DNA of 63,701 nucleotides from Perkinsus olseni (Eukaryota): NCBI GenBank assembly GCA_013115125.1, contig JABANN010000133.1, positions 1 to 63,701 of the forward strand, read 5' to 3'. Shown piece by piece: positions 12,601 to 26,205 of this stretch (position 1 is its first letter; each line of letters starts with the position of its first letter). The notes under the pieces were generated by a model. It saw only the letters and a program-made list of their open reading frames with translations, ran no database searches and was not told where the DNA came from. The position numbers and the translations under genes were made by a program.

Positions 12601-13320
12601 TTGAATAAGTTCTCCGCCGTGGGAATACTTTACTTTCTCTCGTATCCGATGCTCATTATTTCCACCGACCTGTGGCCCCCTCACTATCGATACAAGGTAA
12701 TGAGACGTGACGATCGAATGGCTGGTACTGTATCATAGGCAGCTATGGTTACTAGTAGGCTAGCTTTATGCGGGTAATAAGAGATCACATACTTGGTGTC
12801 GTATAATGTACTTTTGGATCATCACCCAAGGCAAATGTTAGCAGCAATGGCAGTCACAATCGCGTGTTGCTTGATTCTGTGATGGCCCACTGTCATGGAA
12901 CTGGTTTTAGAAATTGTGAATTGGCTATGTTTGATGATCGGTAGAATTACGTGTCAATATCGTTTCGATCAGTGCTTCGTATAAACGAGCTGGGAGCAAC
13001 GTCGCGCGCCACGAAATTGTAGGCCGGCGTGGATGCTTGCGTCTCGCCAGGTGATGTTGATCGGTGATTTTGCGGTTAAGTTGGGAGTGTTCATGTGGCT
13101 GACGACACTTTTTCTCACGCGCGGGGACTACTTTCAAGTATCAACCCTCAATTCGAGCTTCTTGCCGGGGGGACTCAGGCCAGGTAATAGCATCGGAATT
13201 GGGGAGTCGGTCAAGGCTGGGTCACACACTCACGATGTTCAGCGCAGGAGGTTGCTGCAAGAAGTTGTGAGAAATTTGGTATCAGTCTCCGAAAATTATA
13301 CACTCATTCTATATGAATAA
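9651..13320 (+). CDS. GPR180/TMEM145-family (intimal thickness-related receptor-like) 7TM protein, multi-exon; 3' end approximate
   Basis: Signal peptide MTSVVTLLLLLLLQGQVEA, then WRYLSKFGYHVG, HMWRYAYNGYGLKALDVISQ, LLILIASGYTL, DDASYKFYENEG, GYLLSVMRLCLLAWF, FSAVGILYFLSYPMLII and LFLTRGDYFQVSTL, joined by GT-AG introns. Confidence 0.8.
12493..12565 (+). pseudogene. Degenerate tRNA-Lys(TTT) inside a 130-nt intron (12451-12580)
   Basis: 73-nt cloverleaf GTTTCTGTAGCTCAATCGGTAGAGC...CTTTTAA...GGTTCGAGCCCCGCCGGAGGTG followed by TTTT. The acceptor stem has 4 G-U pairs and the anticodon stem has a T-C mismatch. Confidence 0.75.
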
Positions 13321-13391
13321 CTGTCTTCATCATATAGAAGGCTACAGAGACATCACAGATCTGAATTCTCACAGGACTGACTGATGTGAGA

Positions 13392-16300
13392 ATGAAACGC
13401 ATCTCATTATCGAAACAGGATCATTCTGACCCACAAGTGTGGCGGTCGTGTGATTGGGGTGGAATCTTCTGCGGCGAGGGGTCGGGCGTATCTGTGCTTG
13501 ATCAGGATTTGGCAAGAACGACTAGACAGCAGATGCGTATGTTCAGTGGAAATGAGTTTTATAGTCCAGTGCTACGTTGAGTTATGAGTATAATGAAGGT
13601 GGAGGAGTGGTGAGGATGAAGATACGCCTAGGTTGGAACGGTTTCATAAGATACGTTTCTCTCCTCTGCATGGACTTCGTCACATCAGCATTAGAAGTTA
13701 TTGGAGTTAACTTGCATAAGGATGAAAGGTGATAACGATTGACTTATAGCGATAATCATTGACGAAGAAAACAATGACCAAAGATTTGCTGATACAATAC
13801 TCCTAGGATAAGATGGAGGTGCTGGGATTCGAACCCGCGACCGGCTAGGCATATTCCCATCGTTAGTCGATATCGAGCGCTTATTGTAATCTCGCTCATT
13901 GCAGTCGGTGCATGAGCCAGTTATCGATGTATAAGGCTCATGCGTGTCCGCCACCGCCTCCTCACAGCTTCACTGCATCGGTCTTTTTTATGTGAAGGGT
14001 GGCCAGCGCTTGAAAACCGCGACCGAGAATGTGGCGTATCTTAACTTCACGCTGGTGCTTCTCAGGGAAGGTCGATGGAAGTTTGATATCGATCCGCTAC
14101 GACTGAGCGGTACAGTAGCGGGTTTCGGTCTGGCTTTTGCGGTGATGAATCGTTTGGAGGGTCACCGAGCGAGCACTCCTGCTGCTACTACTACGGAGGT
14201 CTCCGAGGTGTGCATGCGTGCTATCTCATTGAACTCGCGGAAAGTTGGTATCAGGTGCCGTTCTCGAGTTTTTGGAAGCAATTGAAGGACTCGCAGGTTA
14301 ACGAAATAGCGTTCATACCATCAGTGTAATGTGGATCGTCCGGCATGCGTTCGTGAGACGTGAAACCGTAAAAAGATCCGTAATAGGAATACCTTATTCG
14401 TGAGCTCCGTGAATTTCTGAACTGCATGAAAATTTTTACTGAGGGAAATGGTACCAAGATATTCCACTCTCACTCTTCGAAGGTTCCAGTATCTTCGTGA
14501 TCGATTTTTGGATTCATTAGAGTTCAGCATCGACCTTGGATGCGTTGGTCGTACATAAATCAGTTGAGTACAGAATGGGCCTGCATTCTGCGCAACTTGC
14601 GCAGTACCCGCCACCAATTTCGAAAATGAAGATAGCCCTTCTGACTAAAAGTTCTAGCCGAGAACGAGCGCTCCCTTTCTGATTATTTCAAGAAATATGA
14701 AGCGGATTGGGCCGGAGTTTAACAGGTTGGCGATTGTACAGTGCGTGGCATTTCGATGTGCAAATCGCGGAATTTTACGCAACGTTTTAGGATTTTTCGA
14801 ACAACGAGTTGGAACTTTCAAGGAACACGCAGACTCATTAATATACTAGAACCGTTCCGTGACTCACTAGCAAGGAACCGACAGTAACATCGTAGTGTAG
14901 TATATATCGATGACGATCGAGCGGTATAGTCGGGCGATTCGGTATGAATCGAGTGATGACGTTTGTCTACGGTTGGTAATATCGTTCGCCCAATACCGGG
15001 AAGTCCTGTGCGGCTGAATGCATGAGATGATGCACTCCTTCTTCTTCGTCAGGGATGGGACAATGCCGCCTATGCTGCGATATCGTGCCGCTACTGGGGA
15101 GGCCAGTCAGGAGGCGTTGACGGTGGCTCTGCCGGGATGTAGTGAGATGGTTGCTGATGAGGCGATGAAGAAGGGCATTCGATGTTATACCAGCACCGAG
15201 GCCGATGCATCGGTAGGAGGGCAGGACGAATTTTGTGGCGCATGACGTGGTTGTTGTCAGTTGGCGATGCTGCAGATGATGGCGGATTTGATAGGGTGGA
15301 CGGCATCATTGGCGGGGTTTCTCATATTGTATCGGATGTACTCTGGAGATGGAGTGAATGGACCTTTTGGAGCCAAGAAAAGTAGCAGTCTTCATCTCTA
15401 GACGGTTCATATTGGCTTATCTTGGCATCAGCCCGTCTAGCTCAGTCGGTAGAGCGCAAGGCTCTTAACCTTGTGGTCGTGGGTTCGAGCCCCACGGTGG
15501 GTGTTTATATCACGTGAGGTACAATATCGTATTTGTTGCAGCTTGTGTGATACTGTCTCCCTGAACTGCTAGTGTGTACTGTACCGCCTAACCTTCCTGA
15601 GCTCTTCTCTCGGACCGTCCTTCGCCGCTCTCGCCCTCCGGTCCTCGTGGAACAGCCGCCATCTGGAATATTGGAGGGTGGAATGAGATTATTATTACGG
15701 GTCGCCGGTACACGGGTTTCTGCCAGCTAGTATATCGCCACTTCTGAGATGATTCATCTGACCTCCATCGAGTGACGCGCCGTCGGAAAATCCTCAGCTC
15801 GAAATGCAATCTTCCGCTTGGCGACTGTTTTCAATCGGTTATGAAACTGGAAAAGTTGGGAAGCTAAGTTGGTGGTTGCACAATCATGGGGACAGTTCGG
15901 CGATGCAGCTAGGGATCTTGCGAATTGAGGATGCTTTTCTCCTGCAGCCCCGGCCGCCTCTACTACTAAGAATGTGACCAAGTTCTCCGACGTCGCTGGA
16001 CATGAACAAACCAAAGTGGAGCTCCGCGAGATTGTTCAGTACCTGCGGGATCCTCAGTCCTTTTCGTAAGTTGTGGTATTGGAAATTGAATTCTTTGTGG
16101 TCATTTATTCTCTTTCGGCGGCTTTGTTCGTTTTTTAGATCGCTCGGCGCTCGTCCCCCGTTGGGTGTTTTGCTAGAGGGTCCTAGTGGCGTGGGGAAGA
16201 CTCTGCTAGGCCGAGCAACTGCCGGCGAGGCGAAGTAATGGCCTCGTCGAGTCGCGAATTGGGGAAGGAGTGGTATGTGATCTTCAGTGATATTCCCTTC

Positions 16301-17610
16301 CTCTACGCGAGTGGCTCGGAGTTTGTAGAAGTCTACGTCGGGCAAGGTGCCAAGAGAGTTAGAGAAGTATTTGCTCAGGTGAGAATTTCGTGGCGCGCGG
16401 TCAAAACACTTGGGTTGACCTTCATCTGATCTCGTCAGGCCCGGGCTGTCTCCCCTTGTATTCTATTCATCGATGAGTTGGACGCCATCGGAAGTCGAAG
16501 TGCTGCTCCCGGCCGCTGTGAGATGGTTGTTTTACACTTTTTCTATCAGATTTTCGAGGTGGCGACGGGCAGGAGTACACCCAGACGATCAATCAATTGC
16601 TGATTGAGATGGTAATGCTCGGTGGGCATGCCATATTGATAGAAGACGGTCTTATTTTCTCTCCCGAAGAATTGCGAGGCTTCTTCAGTGGTCCACAAAA
16701 ATTTGATGTTTTTTGGCGCTTTGATGGTATCTTAGCTCGATGAGGTCTATTGGTGATTTTTCCTCAATGTTTGTGAGTCTTGTGTGATGTTCTTCACACG
16801 TCGTATTGCTCAATGCCGTACTCAAATGGGTATCTTCGGTGAAATTTGGTACCATAGTATGCCCGTATATGGGTCTCCTGAGTGATGATTTGTACCATGA
16901 CCGAGCGTCGTGAGCTTCCGATAATATCAGTGTCTCTTCGCGTGCAATGGATGAGTTACTCGGAAATGTTGATTTCAATATTCCTTTTCAGGATGGCATC
17001 TCCGATCGTGATGGTGTTGTTGTGATGGCGGCAACCAACCGTTTTGACGGTTTAGATTCTTCCCTCACTCGGCCTGGCAGGTGAGAGGTTAACCTGTAAC
17101 TTCCGTGGTCGAAGAGGTGGAGTATCTTTTTCAGATTCGATCGTTGTATTCATGTGTCGCTACCGGACGCTGCGGCGAGGGAGCAATGCTTCATCATTCA
17201 CGGGAAGAAATTAAAACTGGGCGGAGATGTTGAGAATAAGGCTTTGGCTGCTGAGACTGAGGGAATGACGGGAGCTGACATTCAGCATGTAGGCGACTTG
17301 AGCTCTTTCGTATCTTGCAAGCTTCAACCTTAGATACTCAATCAAGCTGCTCTGGTGGCTGCACGGAATAAAGAGAGCTGTGTATCCCAGGGACGTATTT
17401 TGGAATCCTGCGAGAAATTACGAGCGGAGCGACGCGAAAGAGAAGAACGTCAGCGAGTCAAGGAAGGTCAACATGGCGAGGTAAGATTCCCCGTCAACCT
17501 TCGTCGTGTGCATGCGTGCTGCTTTCAAGATACCATTCGACCAGTGGGCCGCCCAAACGTTCCTCAATTTAGCGAAGAATAACCAAAAAGATTCACCCGA
17601 AGTTGATTGA
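13392..17610 (+). CDS. FtsH-like membrane AAA+ ATPase with no visible M41 protease domain; multi-exon; 5' end uncertain
   Basis: TM1 [35 protein letters not shown]2 [35 protein letters not shown]; Walker A GPSGVGKT; pore loop [14 protein letters not shown]; Walker [36 protein letters not shown]. Ends ...NQKDSPEVD* at 17610. Confidence 0.8.
15431..15503 (+). tRNA. tRNA-Lys(CTT), nested within the FtsH-like gene
   Basis: GCCCGTCTAGCTCAGTCGGTAGAGCGCAAGGCTCTTAACCTTGTGGTCGTGGGTTCGAGCCCCACGGTGGGTG, a canonical cloverleaf with anticodon CTT. Confidence 0.93.
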
Positions 17611-17719
17611 TGAGTAACACAAGATACCAGCGATATTTTCACGCGCCACGAAATTATTTCTGCGTTTTTTTCTGTCTTGGAAAATTTTTCAGATATTTTT
17701 CTCCCGTAAATTTTGTTAT

Positions 17720-20700
17720 ATGCTGTCCACCAATCTCTTCCGAAGCGCCTCGAGCTTGGTTCGGCCGACGGTGATGTCTGCGGCCACGCCGGCGATCTCA
17801 GCGGCACTTCGGCGCGGATTGGCGACGGCATCTTCCAAGCTTCGAGCTCCTACTGCGAATGATATCTCGAACTTGCAAGATTTGGTGTCTAATGTGCTGG
17901 TGGGTGACAAGGACGACCTCTCACATTACAATAATGATTGGCTGAGGACGAGAACAGGTGGGCATATCTTAGGTTCACTCATGCTTATTTCGGAATGGTT
18001 AGTGATGTATCTACCGTACTAGTGAGAGTCTCTTAGGTTGACTCATGCTTATTTCGGGATGGTTAGTGATGTATCTACTCTACTAGTGAGAGTATCTTAG
18101 GTTNNNNNNNNNNNNNNNNNNNNNNNNNNNNNNNNNNNNNNNNNNNNNNNNNNNNNNNNNNNNNNNNNNNNNNNNNNNNNNNNNNNNNNNNNNNNNNNNN
18201 NNNGATGGTTAGTGATGTATCTACTCTACTAGTGAGAGTATCTTAGGTTGACTCATGCTTATTTCGGGATGGTTAGTGATGTATCTACCCTACTAGTGAG
18301 AGTATCCTACGATGAGTCTACCGAGGGTTGCCTAGCACCTCTTGTAAGCGTATCTTATGTCGAACCGTGGCCGTTAGAAGTTGGTCAATAACGAATCCTT
18401 GACTGATGCGTATCTTCATCGCCACCGGTCTATGCACTTATTGCATTTGGATAATATCTTTCAACCGTTTCTTGATGACAATCGATTTCTCTCCTCCTTC
18501 AGGTCACTCGAACGTCGTCTTGCGTCCGAAGACGACTCTGGAGGTCTCGAAGGCCGTCAAGTACTGCAACGACAATTTCATACCGATTTCAGTGCAGGGA
18601 GGCAACACTGGGCTTGTTGGTGGCAGCGTCCCTGTTAATAACGAGGTAAGAAGTATCTTAGGTGGAAGCTTGGTCCTCATGCGTAGCGTATCTTTTTAGG
18701 TTGTCCTGAGCTTGGAGAGGTTGAATAAGATACTTTCGGTTAACACAGCGGATTCTATCGCCACCTGCGAGTCTGGCGTGGTCCTCCAAAATCTGATGGA
18801 CGAGTTGGAAAACTACAATCTCATGCCGCCCTATGACATCGGCTCCAAAGCTCAATGTCTTGTAGGAGGTAAGATGAGAGAGTAGGGAGAATCTTGCGAT
18901 CTTGCAATTCCTCAATTCTCGTGGACTTCGTATTTTCGATACTCAGAGTTACTGAGTAGTGTTACTCATTTTGCGAAGTCTGGCGATTTTCTCATTTTCT
19001 GCGTAGCATGGGCTTTTATGATGTAATCTTGCTCATCTTGCATAATCTTGTATTTCCTCCAGGTAATGTTGCTACCAATGCTGGTGGTCTACGTCTACTC
19101 CGTTATGGCTCATTGAGGGGTACAATCCTCGGCCTCGAGGTCGTCACGGCTGAAGGAAAGATTCTCGATCTGATGAGGGCTCTCAGGAAGGACAACACAG
19201 GTCAGTATTTTCTCACCATTTTTGCGTTCTATTCGACATTGTTGATGGGGTTTTTTTTGAACAAGGTGACGATGGAATCGAAAAAATGCTTTTTTTTCAT
19301 CGGAAAAACTCTATTTCCCGTTACCATCGTCGTCGTAGGGAGTCGGGCTCATTTGCGTTTCTTCCAGGAAGGTTTTAATTTAGTATGCAAATCGATCAAC
19401 GTGGCGAGCGCAAGATGCATTGATTGTTGTTTCTGGTGATGCTGTGTTAGGCATTTTCCAGTCTTTCTCAGGCTACGATTTGAAGCAGCTGTTCATCGGC
19501 TCTGAAGGGACTCTCGGGATCGTCACGAAGGTTGCCATGCTCTGCTACCCCATCCCAAGATTCTCTCAGGCAAGAGATTCTCCGCTGTGCGCGTTGGAAT
19601 ATACGTTTGGTTGTTGGTTAGGCTGCTCTATTGAGAGTATCTTCTTTCAACGAAGTTATTCGTCTCCTGTCGGTCGCGAAGGCGTCGCTGGGTGAAGCAC
19701 TCAGTGCGTTTGAGTATTTTGACGGCCAGTGCGTGAAGTGCCTGCAGATGAACGGCTTCAATGATCTTCTCAAGAATCTTCCACCGGGAAGGAGAAGTGA
19801 AGAACAGGACTATTACGCCTTGGTCGAGGTAAGATCGGATTGGGAGTATCTTAGGTTGAAGCTTGAAGTGAATCTTTGTGGTCGCCAGGTGAACGGAAAT
19901 AACGCTCACAACATCGAATTGAAGATTCACAATTTTGTTGAAGAAGCGGAGTCTCATGGCGGCGTACCCGTAGAGGGTATGCTATCCCACGACATCCAAC
20001 AGGAGAAGGTGAGAACGCCAAATCGATTACGTGATCGATTATTCTCTTCTTCGTCCTTCAGGACTTGTGGAAGATTCGTGAGAACATCCCGGTTGCTCTA
20101 AACAGGGAAGGGGTTCTTCACAAGTAGCCATCGATCGACCATGGCCAATTGGATCAATCCATTTCGTTCGCCCAACCGAACTCTTATTCGCTACGGGGGT
20201 TCTCCCTATAAATGTGGAAATTAATCGAACTCACTGGTCTCTACTACCTTCTTGATACCTTCGAATAAGTTGATCTAAGCGGGACACTCTGGTGAAAAAT
20301 GTGTCTGCTGCGATAGGATACGCTTGACGATGAGATGCTGTGGAGCATCATTCCTATTTTCCAGCTACTAGTGTATCCGTTGTTTCTAATGGTACTGATG
20401 AATACTCAGCTTGAATTTTATTCGATTGTTGGCAACTTGGACGCAAGTATTTTCCTTCTCTGCAGGTATGATGTCTCTCTGCCGGTCAGCGCAATGGACG
20501 ATTTAGTACGACACGTTCGTAGGGAGTTCCACCGCAGAGAAGAGGTAAGCATGATGATAATTTTGTGGCGCGTGACGATCGTTTTTCTGCGTCCTCAGAT
20601 CCGCCGTGTTGTTGGATACGGTCATGTTGGTGATGGCAATCTTCATCTTAACATTGTATCTGACCCGACTGTTCATTACTCGGTGAGAGGTCCCCGGTTC

Positions 20701-21091
20701 GATCCCTGGGTTCGGCATTTTGTCTTTTTCAGACCCCTATTCACAAAGAGTTGGATACGGAGATCTACGAGTATACAAAAGATATGCGAGGGAGCATTGC
20801 TGGCGAGCATGGCTTAGGTCAGCGCGCGTTCTGGGATGAAATATGTTGCATTGGTTTCTTCGGTCATCAGTCTTGTGGTTGCTTCGACCTTGCTCGTATC
20901 TTGCTCGGTTCAACCTGATCTAAAGTATCTTTTCTCTAGGTACTCTCAAGAGAGATAAGATTTTCTACAGTAAACCGGCACTGGCGGTCGACTACATGAA
21001 ACAAATGAAGAATCTTTTCGATCCCCACGGCATCCTTAACCCTGGCAAGGTTCTTCCAGATACCATTCCTCCTGAATCACAGTTGCCTTGA
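17720..21091 (+). CDS. D2HGDH: Mitochondrial D-2-hydroxyglutarate dehydrogenase (FAD-linked oxidase, DLD2-like), multi-exon
   Basis: Mitochondrial-type presequence, then [83 protein letters not shown] and [12 protein letters not shown]. Includes one GC-AG intron (19570-19621). Confidence 0.93.
17964..18308. repeat. 64-bp tandem repeat in D2HGDH intron 1, spanning a 100-N assembly gap (18104-18203)
   Basis: Unit gtatcttaggttgactcatgcttatttcgggatggttagtgatgtatctactctactagtgaga on both sides of the gap. Confidence 0.9.
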
Positions 21092-23354
21092 GTGGGAATC
21101 TTGAGGTTGAGCTTGCAAGATACGATATACGTTAAAGTGTTTATGAGTTCAAGTAATCATTGCCTTTGCATATGATTGGACTATGTGCCTTGTGAGCGGA
21201 GCGAAGCGTTTTTCGTATTGAAGAATTATCACCATAGTTGTTGTCGTCGTTGCTGACCTAGTTGTTGTGTAGAGCATCAATCATCTGTGATGAGATGTAA
21301 CTTTCATATTAAGGCTGCTGCTGCTGTTAAGAACTGTGGAGCAGATTTATATCAATTAAAACTTTCTAGTGGTATTGCGTTGTCACCCTCCTGCGAGAGG
21401 TTCCTGGTTCGAATACTGGTTGATGCATATCCGGTTGATGCTGCTGTCTACTGGGTCTATGGATCGCTTCTAGTCTACCCCTAGCGGTGCTTTTCCAGAG
21501 CCGAGATTCGCTATTTCTGGAGAAAAAGACCGTCATCTTAGGAGTGGACTCTATCTACCTCTTCTATTCCGAGTTGACTTTGAGCGACAATAAAGAAGCC
21601 ATAGCACCATCGTCACACGGCCGGGTCAGTGACGTCTCGTATACATCATTGTGCTTCCGCCCAGTCCAACTTGCAATAGAAACCAAGTGATTTTGGATTA
21701 GAGCGATCGAAGAGGGACTCGACACTTTGTCAGGAGTACCTTTCCCTGCCTGCTTAGGACAAGTACACTTGCTCAACTACCAGACGACGAATCACTCCGT
21801 TCACTGTATTCGGAATGGCGCTCAAAGTCCGCGGCAGAACTTTTGGAGAGAACGGTGAGCCACAGATTACCCCGAAAATGACTCTAGACCGTCGTTGTCT
21901 AGGAACTCTTGCTGTCTCAGATTCACATGCAAGCCGAGTTGCTCTCCTCCCACCTCCCCGGAGCCAGAACTTTCAACTGGCCCGCCGTTGTTGCCAGAGA
22001 GGGCAGCTCCAGCCGTCAGGTGAACAGTGGCAGACATATTACGATATGTCGTTGTACCGTTTGTAGATTATGAGTTACTTGCTGATACTCGCTTGACGAA
22101 ATGTTGTAGTTCTGCGGTTTCGTCCGATGGATTTGCAGGCAACAGAATTATCAGATGCCCACGCGTAGAGAGGGACAGGCGTCGTCATGAGCTCAGACCG
22201 GACGTTCAGCGGACCTACTAAAATCTGATCCGAGGATAGAACTTGACGATTGACGATCACCAAGGTAAATTTTGAAAGCGTGCTCACGGAACGCCGTCCT
22301 GAGATCTTCTACGACTCATCCCGCGATCGCTACCTATGTTGCGAGTCCCCGCCTCTCCCGTCACCACTCGAAACAACGCTGGGCGGAGCAGTCATTGAAT
22401 GCATATAATAGCAATCGTAGAAGACTTATATATCTTCGTAGCTTCATTCACCGGCCGGGGCCGAAAAGACGAAACCGCTGAAACGACATGGAGTTCAGCG
22501 CTCGCCACAGCAAAAACGTCTTATCACACACTTGATCACAACACTATGACGTCGGCTGCCCCGACGATTCCGACATCCTCAACTGACGAACGACAGATGC
22601 ATCAAGCTCGATGCATCGCGTGATGTACATTGACATCACCCAATCGATTGTCGCCTGGCCAGCATTGCGAATTGAAAAGACAAAATTGCGCGAGGGCCGC
22701 ATCGTATTTGGAACGAAAGGTCTTGTGTCTACCTCAGATAGATGACAACGACACAGTAGCAAGGGAATGTGCCCGCTCTAGCCGCAGCTGCTGTTGCCGC
22801 CGGAACGGTCAGGCGGGTCGGTCGCTCTGAATGCAGCCAAGGAATCGGTGAAGCTTCCGAAAGCTTTGGTTTCGACTCAACGCAAGAAGCGAACATCTGG
22901 TTATCATCTGTTACTCTTGTGTGGACTGACTGACCAAGTTGGCCTCGCTGTACAAAACATAGGCGCAAAGAGCACGAAAAACGTACTCCATTACCACTAC
23001 AAGGCGTACACTGCCTTGTCACTGAACACACGTGAACAGCTTCTACATTATTATAAGACTGTCTGACACAGCGAAAGTATTGAAATTCAATAATTTAATA
23101 GTTGTAACAACAATCTATGCCGCTTCCGCCATCCATGGTGGATGGCATCCATGGATGATCCACCCGCTGCCATTTGGTACCATACCGCATTTTTTATTGA
23201 GCATATTCGTACCAGTTATATGACAGGAAAAAAAGACTTGAGAATGTCGTCACAGGCTACAACTGAGGGACGAATGAAGGCATAGAGTCTATGCCATAGA
23301 CATCCTCATGTGAAACCGATTCTCAAGACATATGAACCGTTCTCTCAAGCTCCC

Positions 23355-24098
23355 TCATAAGGTCACCTTCTCAAGTAGCATTCGACGTCTTTGGAATGGT
23401 ATGATAATGGCCTCTTGAGTGATGAAAGTCATGCGTGATAGATCGCCGTCTTGCAGGCCCTCGAACGAACAAGTTGACTCAATCTCCGCACGGAGTGAAT
23501 TCACCGCGTCCCTTCCACTCTCGACCACAGCGTAGTGCTTGTAAGGCCGAGCAGCTTTTTCGAGCCACAACCCACCGTAGGCAACAGCTGTGTCGCCACA
23601 GCTGAAGACCACTTGGTAACTTCCTTCGGCCAATAGTCGAAAGGTGATGGAAAGTCGAGGAGCTTCGGAAATGCGGTGGTAGAAAACGCCCGGCTGCAGA
23701 TCGTAACCAACTCTCGTGAGCGTGAGCTCTCGGCCTGCAAAGTTGACGGTCATAGAGTCAGCGGTCGTGTAGGTGAGGACAGTCAAGTCAGCTGGATTGA
23801 ACGTCATCCCTCCCAAAAGTGCTCCGATGTGGTAATAGATGTATCTGACGCCGTCTATGGCGTCGGAAAAGTCCATAGAATATTGAGTATGAGAATCTCT
23901 GACGAGCTGGTACTTGCCGTCAACAAACACCGGGCGCCCAGGGACCTCGAAGGCAATATTAACATCAGCACCTTCATATACATTCACAGTGTAGTTGAAC
24001 CCCTCCGAGGAGTAGACGTACTTGCCGATATCCTGACCCTGCACAAGCGTAAGTTGAACAGCCACCAAGTAGAGTTGGACGACGAACTTCATCATCAT
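23355..24098 (-). CDS. Secreted lineage-specific protein, family A copy 1 (intronless)
   Basis: Signal peptide MMMKFVVQLYLVAVQLTLVQG-QDIGKY; homologous to 32483-33217 (VYE..V...F.V.G.P.F.DG.Y.L; TADS..VNF..R...LTRVG; DLS..TF.T). Confidence 0.85.
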   Translation of the reverse strand: MMMKFVVQLYLVAVQLTLVQGQDIGKYVYSSEGFNYTVNVYEGADVNIAFEVPGRPVFVDGKYQLVRDSHTQYSMDFSDAIDGVRYIYYHIGALLGGMTFNPADLTVLTYTTADSMTVNFAGRELTLTRVGYDLQPGVFYHRISEAPRLSITFRLLAEGSYQVVFSCGDTAVAYGGLWLEKAARPYKHYAVVESGRDAVNSLRAEIESTCSFEGLQDGDLSRMTFITQEAIIIPFQRRRMLLEKVTL

Positions 24099-26205
24099 TA
24101 AGGGAACTGTGCAGATAGAGCCTTTCAAAGTTTCAAGTGGTACAAGGCAAGAGGTCCGATACTATCGGAGAGACGAGTGAACTACGGTTCCTCTCGGGTT
24201 GAGACAGAGCCGTCCCTGTGGCACTGAGCCAGTGCTAACAAGGTCTTCATTGACCTTGTAGATTAGAATAAGTTGATGAGGGTGACAACGGATGTGCATG
24301 CAAAATGACCGGATGGATCCCGCCCGAAAGGCGATGATTCAGGGGTGGTGCGTAGCTGGGGGCACGTGAGTACATAGCCTGTCTACCGCCAGCTAGCGAG
24401 GACGGCAGTTGTCACACGGGCCTTCTATATCCCAGTATCGCCAAGCAACGCGAGTTAGAGGCATCTTAGGCCAAGATTCCTAGCAGCAAGTTCTTAATGA
24501 TACCCCATCAGTTCGTTCGGTAGAGTGAGTGTTGGTCCAAGCATCGGCAAGGGCAAGGTCAAGCTGGCGTAGAGTGCTGGCCTCATTCTTGCCTTGGCGC
24601 GAGAGTCCCGAGGTCCCGTCATCGACCACAGAGGTAGCAACAGTAAGTTACGTTGAAGGGAACGGAACCCGTGTTGGACATCCTGCCTCTGGTTACCACC
24701 ACAGTCTCATCCAACACTCCCAGTACAGGACTGAGACGACGCGGTCAAGCACGGCTTGATTGTCTCCCTCTGTGCATGCGCAAAGAATCTCTTCTGCTAG
24801 CGTGCTAGCGTCGAGTGAGTTATAGTGCAGCCCTGTCTGGAAGTCAGAAAGGCGGCTGAATGGGAAAGACCTTCCGAGAGGGGTAGCAGGGAACTTCGTA
24901 TAGGATCTTTTGAAGATGGTTTGCTCGACTGACGCCAGGCGGCCTTGCACTGCCTACAGCGAGCCAACAGATTCGTCGATTCATTTATTTGATGATTCAC
25001 GAGTTTTCCAAGGGAACTCCTTTGTAGCTCGCTGGGGATCGCCAGTACGTAGCTGATCTACGAGGCGCGAGTAGAGAGTAACTTGCTCGCTTACTCGGAG
25101 CAAGCTCCTTATGCTAGTGATCTCACGAACTCATCGTAGATGAGGTCGGGAGTACGGGGATAATCTCGGTGTTCCGGTAAGCTGTCCACGATGGTTCCTC
25201 TCTCGCCGTCAACAACCGGATCACTCTTCACTGCATTAACCAGTCGAATTGTCTATTGCCTTTCTAAGAAAGGTTTTCCCTCTAAGAACCTTCGAAAGAT
25301 GCAGTACTGGTTTCAATCGCAGTATGCATGTACTAGCGGCGACTTGGTGTCGCGTTGTTGTCAAATAGTTAATCTTGGGCAGTAGAGCTTCCGCGGTACT
25401 GTTTGGCGAACTCGTCGCATGTCCACTCCTAGAAATGCGGGGATGGCTCTCACAAGCAGGAGGTGAGAAGAGTTTATGATAGCGGAGCGAAGCAATGGAC
25501 TTTTCAGATACGATCCATCCGTGGTCGCCGCTATACTGGCTGAAACTGACAAGCATCTGTCTAGCATAGGAAGATCGAGAGAGTACATTTGTGGACTGCG
25601 GGGTGCATCTCCACCGGTGAGAATTGCGTATCACAACAAAAACTCGGGTATCCTCTACTGTAGGCGTAGAATGAGCGCGGGGCACTACTATGCCAAGAAC
25701 TATCGTTTGTATGCGAGCTCGGACCGCCTTTCCCGAAGTTACACTGTGTAACTTACACATCACTTACGTAACATTTGTTGCTATTGAATTCGTTTTTTCT
25801 TGCGATTGTTGGAAACTCGATTATATACCACACAGTCGAAGTAAGAGTGCCGCCCTCTCAGCCCTCTCGTAGTCTGCCATGGCTGTCAACAGTGGATCAT
25901 CACAACAACACTGCATTCAGAGACGGGCAACACATGGAGGAAGAAGCCAAGTACACTTATAGCGCTATTCTCGGGTTCCTGGAGTTCATTACGCTAAGCA
26001 GGATGGCCGTAGGATTTACGGATCCTGGATCCCGGTCCATTGATTATCCACCCGCGGGAATCGTGAGTAAAGCACAAGAATCGCTGTTTCCAAAATGGGG
26101 GTCACCCGTACTTGCCAGCGCACTTCCACCTACTTCCCATCTATCTAAGCAATGGCTGGCCAATTGGCTCTCATCCAGTTCTTTATACTTTGGTGGGCTT
26201 GAGGC

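Noticed and set aside
18104-18203. Run of 100 N
   Set aside because: Assembly gap within the 64-bp tandem repeat; not biological.
21287-23066. Many short ORFs downstream of D2HGDH
   Set aside because: No coherent exon chain or recognisable domain by eye; may be a degraded gene.
23676-24101. + strand ORFs opposite family A genes (also 33011-33289, 36558-36836)
   Set aside because: Antisense shadows of the real minus-strand genes.
24500-26200. Overlapping ORFs on both strands
   Set aside because: Could not assign a strand or family with any support.
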